The notes under the pieces are model-generated. The model ran no database searches, had not been told where the DNA came from, and saw only the letters and a list, made by a program, of their open reading frames with translations. DNA of 58,940 bases, the filler included, from Sphacelaria rigidula (taxonomy: Eukaryota), in the NCBI GenBank assembly GCA_964200075.2. It is 10 parts of 10 records of this genome, joined end to end, with 100 filler letters (N's around TTAATTAATTAA, not from the genome) between each part and the next. Parts side by side here need not be neighbours in the genome. Positions count along the whole stretch, not along the records: positions 47,235 to 53,037 come from CAXNAA020024346.1; positions 53,138 to 58,940 come from CAXNAA020024347.1; 8 more parts are not named here. The stretch is one strand, 5' to 3'. Positions 50,727-58,940 of the stretch are shown here, piece by piece (position 1 is the first letter of the stretch; each line of letters opens with the position of its first letter). Position numbers and translations under genes: made by a program.

Positions 50727-51821
50727 GTGCCGAAATCTCTGTGATCATGCAACCCGTGACAGAGAACTCCCTCACAGGATGCACCTGTGAAATACAGGCG
50801 CAGCAGGGATGTCCCCTTGTGACAGAGATGATAGATTTGTTCTTGTGACAGGGAGAACAGGGAGAATCATAGGAGCACGCGCCTCATGTATCTTTCGACG
50901 GCTTGGTACCGTATTTTCAGTACAAGTCAAGCGTTACTTTGCTTGGGGAACTCTCCGCCGTGTCTGGAACGAACCAGCCTGAACCTTGGCACAGACGTAG
51001 ACCACAACACAGACAGCATATTCCCGAATCGGCGGCACGTTTTACTTGGTGCGCCAGACGCACGAAGCGAATACGGATGTTGGGCAATGTCATCGATACG
51101 CCCTCAAAACGTAGTCCCCTCGGCCCAGACTGCGTCAGACGTCATCATGACCTGCTGGGTGGCTCCTACCCCCGCAAACGAGCATCAATCCGTCTTGGGC
51201 ACACTCTGGATGATATCATTCTACGCGGTACCTATCTTGGTATCGCCTGCAGAGGTACTCACTTCAGGAGGCACGGTCTGCGAGCGCTGTCAGTGCTTTT
51301 ACGCGCAATATGTGTATATTGTACATGTATCTTTTGTCTTTCGTTGCTATCGCTGCTTCCTTCCTTCTTTTTTTTCTGGAGCCGTCGCTTCTGTCTTTTT
51401 CTTTTCCTTTCCTTCTTTTTCTTTTATTAGTCTGTTCTTTGTTTTGCTGCTCCTGACCACGGGCTGGATTGCTGCAATAAGCTAATGTGAGATAACCATC
51501 ATCACCATGTATGATTTCACATTTTTCACCACTTTTGCCGAGTTTTCTCCGGCGGCAGGGCATTTTTTCCCACGCTTTCTTCTGCGCACAGAAAATCCTC
51601 AGCGGTAGATTACCGTTCAGGTGTGGGCGTCATCTGATACCTGTGGCGCGTGTTCTGGACTCCGAAAGTCGCTCAAACTGGCCTTTTTTCGCGGGGTGTA
51701 GATCTTGAACCGCAAAAGCCTTTGCAAGATCGTGAAAAACTTGACAAATATATATTTTCTACTTGCGTCACCCCCGGGAGGTCCGTACCAACCTCCCGGA
51801 GGGGAACCTCGTACATAGATT

Positions 51822-52310
51822 TGAAATGACGAAGTCAAGCACCGTTCTCCTTCATCTTACCGTAACACAGCTCGGCCATAGACATGGAATACCGAAGTGA
51901 AGCATCGTTTTTCTTTAACCTACCGTATCACAGCCCAGGCATAGACATCAAGTACAGAAGCTAAGCATCCTTCTTCTTCAACTTACCACATCACAGAACG
52001 GACATAGACATGAAACAGAGAAGCTAACCATCATTTTTCATGAACCCACCACAACACAGCCGGGACATAGACATGGAGTAACGGAGTCAATTATTCCTCT
52101 TCCTCAACCTATCATAACACAGCCCAGGCATTGACATGATGTAGGGAACCTGATCATCTCTTCTTGAACCTACCCTCACTCAGCCCAGACATGGACATGA
52201 AATATCGAAGATAATCGTCTTTTTTCTCGAGCCCACCATAACACAGCCTGGACATGGACATGGAATAAAAATGCTAACCATCCTTTTTCTCTAATCTACC
52301 ATAGCACAGC
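51822..52310 (+). repeat. Second block of the ~62-bp satellite (~8 units)
   Basis: Same unit as 47374-50015. Confidence 0.93.
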
Positions 52311-53037
52311 TGCTGTTCAACATCTTCTTCGCGGCAGTGCTCGAGATAGTCTTCGTGCGATTCAGCGAGGATGATATCATCATCAAGGACATGGTATATC
52401 TCGACGAGGAGACGGGGATGGAGGCGGAGACACCGCTGAAACGGGTACGCAGAGAGCTGTGGGGAATGCTGTATGCCGACGATGCCGGCGTCATCTCAAG
52501 ATCCCCCGACGGACTGACGAGGATGATGACCATCATAGTGGACGTGTTAGGGGCCTTTGGACTGACCGTGTCGGAGAAGAAGACGGAAACTCTCTTGATG
52601 CGAGTGCCGAGGCAAGCACCAAAGAAGAGGGAGTCACCAACACCACCTCCCCCACCGCTGATCATCGAAGCATCGGGCCAGAAATACGCCCAGAAACGTA
52701 GTTTCTGATACTTGGGCGGGCTCGTCAATGAAGAGGGCGGACTCAAGCAAAGAAGCAACAATCGAAGCAGAGCAGCGTGGGCGTGTATCAGGAAGGTCTC
52801 CCCGGAGCTCTTTGACCGACCGAAAGCACCATGGAGACTCAAGGTCCGGCTGCTGAAAGCGGAGGCGATGGAGTCCCTGCTATACGGATGCATGACGTGG
52901 GCCCCACGCCGCGAACATTGCTTCGAAAGGTGCACTACCGGCTTCTCCTGCGAGTCATCGAGTACCGCCGAGTGCGCGGTACATACCGACAGCTGTCGTA
53001 TACACAGGCCCTCAAGAAGACCGGGTGCCAAAGCGCC
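52311..53037 (+). mobile_element. 5'-truncated RTE-like LINE reverse transcriptase fragment
   Basis: LLFNIFFAAV...LWGMLYADDAG...FGLTVSEKKTE, then LLYGCMTW; contains a stop and a frameshift. Confidence 0.92.
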
Positions 53038-53625
53038 NNNNNNNNNNNNNNNNNNNNNNNNNNNNNNNNNNNNNNNNNNNNTTAATTAATTAANNNNNNN
53101 NNNNNNNNNNNNNNNNNNNNNNNNNNNNNNNNNNNNNTTTAAGGTTCCTTCCTGTCCTCTGGGGACAAAAAAAAACACTCCCACACCACAAAAGAAGGGA
53201 AGCATAGACTGCTTCGAGGAGCGGAAAAACTGCTCCGAAACATGGAAGCACAAACTGCTTCTGCGTGCTAGCGATCAACGAAGAAGTACGAATTGCTTCG
53301 GCGTCCTAGCAAAAATCAAGGGGGGAAAACAGGGAGGTACAACAGGGAGTAGAGCTTCAACCTGGGGGAATTCAAAGGGGCAAAACAGGCAAGCTCAGAG
53401 ATCTGAGAATCGGTGATGCAACGAGATCGAGCGCCAGCCGCAAGGGGTTACTATAGCTCCAGCAGTCGTAGATGGTGTTCGTCTTCAGTGATTTTTCGAT
53501 CGTCGTCCGACGTAGGTCGCCCTGTTGTGATATCGTAGAAGGGGGTCCTGGTGGAGAAGGGAGGGCAAACAATGCTACAGGAAAAAGGGGTGGGGGGAGC
53601 AACAGTTGCGACAAGGGAGCATGGT

Positions 53626-56600
53626 TCAAAGTGAGGCGTGGACGTCGTGGGTGTGGTCGACGTTGCGCTGGAGACGGCGGCGAAGTCCTTTGGACTTAAG
53701 GCGCTGGAGGCACCAGGACCCGCGTAGTGCAGATGGGCTGGTGGTGTATAGTGCTGGCCAGAGCTTGAGCTCTATGGGTCCAGGGTCATCGATGAAGCGC
53801 ACGATGTATGTGTCGGATGAAACCAGGTTAGCGGAGTGGGTCTGACCCAACCACCAGAGGTTGTCGCTGCCTTTGAACCAACGGTCGCTGTCCTTAGGCA
53901 GTATACGCTGATTTGCGAAGAACTTCGTCTTACAAGTCTTGGGTACAACTTCGTAACCATCGGCGACGAAACGTAGTCCCTGATCGCGGTGAAGTTCGCG
54001 GGCTGCTATGCCACGACGCATGTTGCGATATTTCCTGTTGTGAACAAGGTACTGATGTTGGGATTGCGTCCAGTACAGGAGGCTTGCACGGCGGTGCAAT
54101 TGAAGGTCGGATTCGTGTTCCCGAGACGCTCTCCGGAGACCGTGCCAGTGGGTCTTACACATGACAGCGATTTTGCCACCTCGACCACGGTTCATCTGGT
54201 GGCCGGAGATGGTGGACACGGTCAATCGAAGAGGCTGTTCTGTCACGCCGTCGGTGGTAACGTGGTAGGGCGGGGACTTGGTCGAGAAGCTTTTGAGAAC
54301 ATACTGTATTAGTCCGGCAGGTGAGTACTTGGGCATGTCACTTGTATCATGCGGGTTCGTGCAGGGTTCGCATCTATGCACGGAGACGCGGGGTTTCGTG
54401 TCCTTGCCCTGGAAGTCGCGAGACAAATCGAGATAGAGCAGTTTGTCACCAACGAGTTTATCAATCGGTGATGATGACGACGGTCCGACCGTCAGGATCT
54501 TGAATGGTCCTATCCAATTGAGGGACGAATTTTTCTTCAAAATTGTTTCGTTAACTGCCTTGCTGGTGTCTTGGCGGATGGTCGACAAACTGTTGTAGAT
54601 CCAAACTCAATCACCAACTTTCCAGTTGGGGCGTTTGTGCATGAGGTAGTCGAGAGTAGTGCTAGATCTCTCTAGGCGCGAGGCGTTGATAGCGTGTTGT
54701 TCGCGCACGAGGGTAAACGTTTTGCGTTGTCGTGCATGCGCTAGCTCGTGGTAGGATATCTGATCCTGATCCAATCCTTGGTGGCCGTCGAACATATGTC
54801 GCTCAAACACGGTGATGGGCAGCCGAGGGTAACGTCCAAGATGGAGTTCGTTCGGCGAAAGGCCTGTGGCGGCATTAACCGAGTTGTTGTAGGACAACAT
54901 GATGTGCGAGAGATGAAGGTCCCAGTCGTCTTGGCGGTCATTGACAACCATAGAGAGCATCTGGGCCATGGTGTGATCAACTCTTTCGGTACCACCGTTA
55001 CCGTTCGGGTGGTAGGCGCTCGTGACAATTTTACGGATGCCCAGGAGCCTGTAAAGCTCATCAGAGAGATCTGAGCAAAATTGCTGACCATTGTCTATAA
55101 GGAGTCGCTTTAGGCAGCCGTAGTGCTTAATGAAGTTGTGGACCAATCTGTCGGCCGTTCCGGCGGCAGTGAAATCTGCGGCGGTTACCGTGTGCATGGA
55201 CGCGTGGCGGCTGAAGCGGTCAGTGAAGAGTAAGATGTAGGTGTTGCCGCGACCTGTGGTCGGTAGAGGGCCAAAGTAGTCAAAGGACACAAGGTGGCCT
55301 GGCTCGTTGGGGAGTCCCATAGAGATGACGGACCAGCGTACTGTCTGTTGTGAAGTTTTTCGGACTTGGCATTTGAAGCATCGCCGAATCCAGAAGTGGG
55401 TTGAGATTTCCATGCCAACCCACCAGTAGAAGCGTTCGAAGAGCGCCAGGGTGCGGGTGACGCCAAGGTGACATGACAAGTCTGTGGGGCAGCCTTTCAT
55501 GACCTAGGAGTGTATTAATAATGGGACATATATGCGCGTTGGTTTGTCATCGAGTAGTTGTGTGTGGCGTCCCGTGGTTGAGGCGGAAATTGCGCCTGTC
55601 AAAGGCGTGAACCGATGCACGAGTAATTGCACACCTTCATTCGTAGTAAAAAGGGTGTTTTTACGCACGAGCTCGTATTCGTCAGGAAAAACTGGTGATG
55701 GTAGTGTGCCAACCGGGGCCAGAAGTGTGGATGGAAAAGGGACTGGACAGTCGAGTTGTAAGTACCGGATGGCTGCGCGACATAGTGGTTCTACGTTTTG
55801 TTCGCGAGCCCAATCACGGTGAGAGTAGCTGGCGAGAAACTCGCGTAGTTGGCCTTCCACTGGCGAGTCGTCCAAACATGGTGGGGCAGGCGGCGGGGGA
55901 ATGGGCGTTGGGGCAGAAATGCCGACGTCAATATCTGTCCCGGGAGCAGGAGCTACGTCGTCAGCTCCGTGCTCCGGAGCGGTAGATGTTGGCGGCGCCG
56001 CCATGGGCGGCGGGGCTGTATCAGTGCGCGGCGAAGATTGTCCGTGGCGCGTGGCGTATGTTGCAGAAGTTTTCGCGGAGCGTTGCGTGCTGATCCGTGG
56101 AACTTGTGCTGCGTGGCTCGTGGAATTTGTAGGTGTTATCGGTGGCGGCGGGGCACTCGGGGTGGTACGGGCGGCAGACCGGGAGTGTGTGTTGTCGGAG
56201 ATTAGGTGGGTGATTGGAGGTGTCTCCGCGAGGAGCTTCGCGCGAAAATCGAAAGTGCGGAAAACGACAAAATCGGAGGTAGTGGGCGCGAACCCACCCA
56301 AGACGGCGTCATATGGTAGAGGGCGAGGTCCTCCTGTATGCATACCGGTTTCCGGGCACTGGAGATCGAGAGCGTAAACGGGCGTTGAAAACGTCTAATC
56401 GCGTCAGTTTCAGGTTCATCGGGTTCCGTTGAACGGCAAACCGGGCTGGAATCTGCGGCCGTAGGCGGCAGGGGTAGGTAAGAATAAAGATCAGCGTACC
56501 CGTTGGTTTTGCCTGGACGGTGCTTAATGATATACTGATATGCTGTTAGAAACTGCAATCATCGTTGTACATGCGGGTTGTGTTCGCCAACCTTGGCGAG

Positions 56601-58772
56601 TTGTTCGAGTACTCCATGATCCATATAGATCTCAAAGGACACGTGAAACAGATGCTGTCCAAGGCGCTTAATTGCCCAAGTGATCACTGCGCCTTCCAGT
56701 TCTAGCGGGCTTCACTTGGCCTCGTTGGGCAGGGTAGCGCGGCTGATATAGAGGATGGGTCGGACGGAGCCATCAACCTGAGGTTGATTCAAAACTCCTC
56801 CAAATCCGTTTGTGCTGGCGTCAGTGTGGAGTTGGAAAAGGCGGGAGCTATCTTGTACTGCCTCCCAATCAGGAAAGCAGAGTACCGGCTTTTCGGTAAG
56901 CGTCAAGTAATTCGCGGGTGATATTCTCCATTTCGGTTGTGAAGGAAAACGCGGCTCCTTTCTTAAGTAACTCAGTAAGGGGGCGAATTCGTTTAGAAAC
57001 ATTCGGCAAAAAAATGCGGTAGTAGGATAGCCCGCCTAACAATGAGCGAAGTTGAGAAATGTTAGTTGGCATCGGCAAGTCAGCCATCGCCTTGACTTTG
57101 TATCCGGATGCAGGCCTGCTGGCGAAATGGAATGCCCCAAGAAATCTAAGTCAGTCGCACCAAGGCGAGCTTTGGATGGAGACAGTTTCAAATCGTGCGT
57201 GCGGGCGAGAGAGAAGTTCTCGTAGAGTGCGGATATGTGCAATAGGTGAGGCATCAAATATGATAGCGTCATCCAGGTACGTGATGATGTGATCGAGGCC
57301 CTCGGTGACGCGTTGCATTAAGCGTTGAAAGCATCCCGAGGAAGTGGCGGTGCCTTGTGGCAATCGAAACCACTCGTAAAGTCCGGACGAGGTACAAAAG
57401 GCCGTCAGTGGGACTGCGTCAGGGTGAATAGCATTCTGGAAAAATCCAGAAGCGAGGTCGAAGGTGCTGAACATGTTCCCTTCGCCTAGGGAGTCGAAGA
57501 CTTCATCAACGCGGAATTGGAAGTTTACCGACTACAATGACGCGGTTCAACCGTTGATAATTCACGGTTATGCCCATCCTTTTTGAGGACGACCACGAGG
57601 GGCGAGGCCCAAGGAGAGGAGGAATGTACTATTAATCCCGCTCCCAAATACGCATCCAAGATGGCGTTAACTTTCTTGGTAAAGATCGGGTTTGTTCGGT
57701 ATGGCCGAGAGGAAATCGGCGAGACGCCGGGTTGGAGGGTAACGTCAAAGGGCAGCGTTTTGCAATTCCCAAGATCCGTCTTGGATCGGAGAAACCGGTC
57801 TTGGTACTGTAGCAGGACATCACTGAGTTCTCGGATGACTGCCGGTTCCCAGCCGGGCCCATGAAGGTCAAAATTGATGTCGCGCACGTGTGGCGACAGT
57901 TGGTTCCACATGCGCAAGAAAATGTCCCGAGAATCTGGTGATAAGCGTTGGAGCACTTCAGCAGGAGGATCGGAATTTGACTGGGCAGGATCTACGGTCT
58001 GGACCTGGGGTGGAGTCGCAGAGGCGAGGTCAAAATAAGGTTGATCGACACAATGGACTGACTCCGCCGAAGATGTGGCGTTTGGCGCAGCAGGCTCTGT
58101 AACGCACGTCTCGAGTGGGATGTGCATCAGGGGAGCAGCGGCGGTTCCTAAAACACCCCCGGGTTCCAAGTTAACATTATCCGTAAGAGAGAGGAGTTGT
58201 TGTCCCGCCGACACAAGATGTTCTGTGTCGGTTGGTGCGCCGATACGGGGTAACATTTCGGCAAGATAATGGCCCGTAAGTGCTGGCATGCCATTTCGGC
58301 GAACTAGTGCAACTTCTAGAAGTTGGGGTTCATCGGAGAGTGTAATACCAACGCTACCGTTGTATCGTAGGTGGTGAGCAGCTCCGGTTGCTTGAGTATT
58401 CTTCTGGTAGGCCAGGGCACCGTGAAGAGTACCAAAGTGCTCGAGGTTGAATTCTCGACGAGGCGTGGAATGTGGCGTGAGTGCTGGAAGCGTGCGGTAG
58501 GTACGTTTATTAAACCGCATATAGCTATCTCTGCCCAATAATATGGCGTGATTCATTGTGCTGTTGGGACAATGTATGCCCAGACTGCCAGGCTGGCAGA
58601 TCGAGTGGTGCTGTGAAAGAATTGTACACTGAGGCGTACGGATTCACGTGTCGTCAGTGGTGCGGCAGAATCACCGAAACCGCCCCATACTCGAGGATTA
58701 GTGGTGGTTTCGCAAGCTTCAGTAGCAGCACCAGTCTGTTTCATGTGTTTCCATGTTAATTCTCGAATAAAT
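53626..58772 (-). mobile_element. Degraded Ty3/gypsy pol (protease end, RT, RNase H, Pro-rich linker, integrase, long C-terminal extension)
   Basis: ILLGRD, SSPWASP, FSTFDLASGF, YLDD, LHTDAS, HLGVTRT..CFKC, SFDYFGPLP, YHPNGNGGTER; multiple frameshifts. Confidence 0.95.
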
Positions 58773-58940
58773 GACACTTTCTACGATAGCCCCCCCCCAA
58801 AGCCAGCTAACAGTGTCGCGAAAAAATTGGCATACAGCGCCTGATGTTCTGGTTCAGGCTGCATGAAACGCCTCATATTGGCGACATTAGCTAGAACGAA
58901 CCCAAGCGTGAGAATTCCCAGCTTCTCGTTGTGCTCGGCT
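58773..58940 (-). repeat. Copy of the dispersed repeat at 29100-29290, abutting the gypsy protease region
   Basis: Direct nucleotide similarity; shared breakpoint GACACTTTCTACG. Confidence 0.8.

Noticed and set aside
50886..51485. 199-aa and 175-aa ORFs
   Set aside because: They run into a T-rich tract and look like a decayed LINE 3' end; not supportable as genes.

Overview
This window is not one continuous locus. It is ten unrelated contigs of 5803-5805 bp in descending size order, joined by identical 100-nt linkers (44 N + TTAATTAATTAA + 44 N), so nothing can be inferred across linkers. The DNA is repeat-rich eukaryotic nuclear sequence with long introns; gene structure and retroelement style suggest a brown alga (inference). 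Host genes appear only as exon fragments: the last three exons of serine palmitoyltransferase subunit 1 (LCB1/SPTLC1), two exons of a Cys/Met-metabolism PLP enzyme, a three-exon Lys/Ala/Pro-rich protein, and a 3-4 exon unknown gene. The rest is decayed Ty3/gypsy, copia and LINE elements, tRNA-derived SINEs, MITEs (piggyBac-like and Sola-like with visible TSDs), long hairpins, a short plastid-type 16S fragment, and three tandem arrays (~210, ~265 and ~62 bp), two with higher-order structure. I found no convincing novel multi-gene system. The best leads are the structured 265-bp array, the long hairpins, a small dispersed structured element and possible KDZ-transposase relics.
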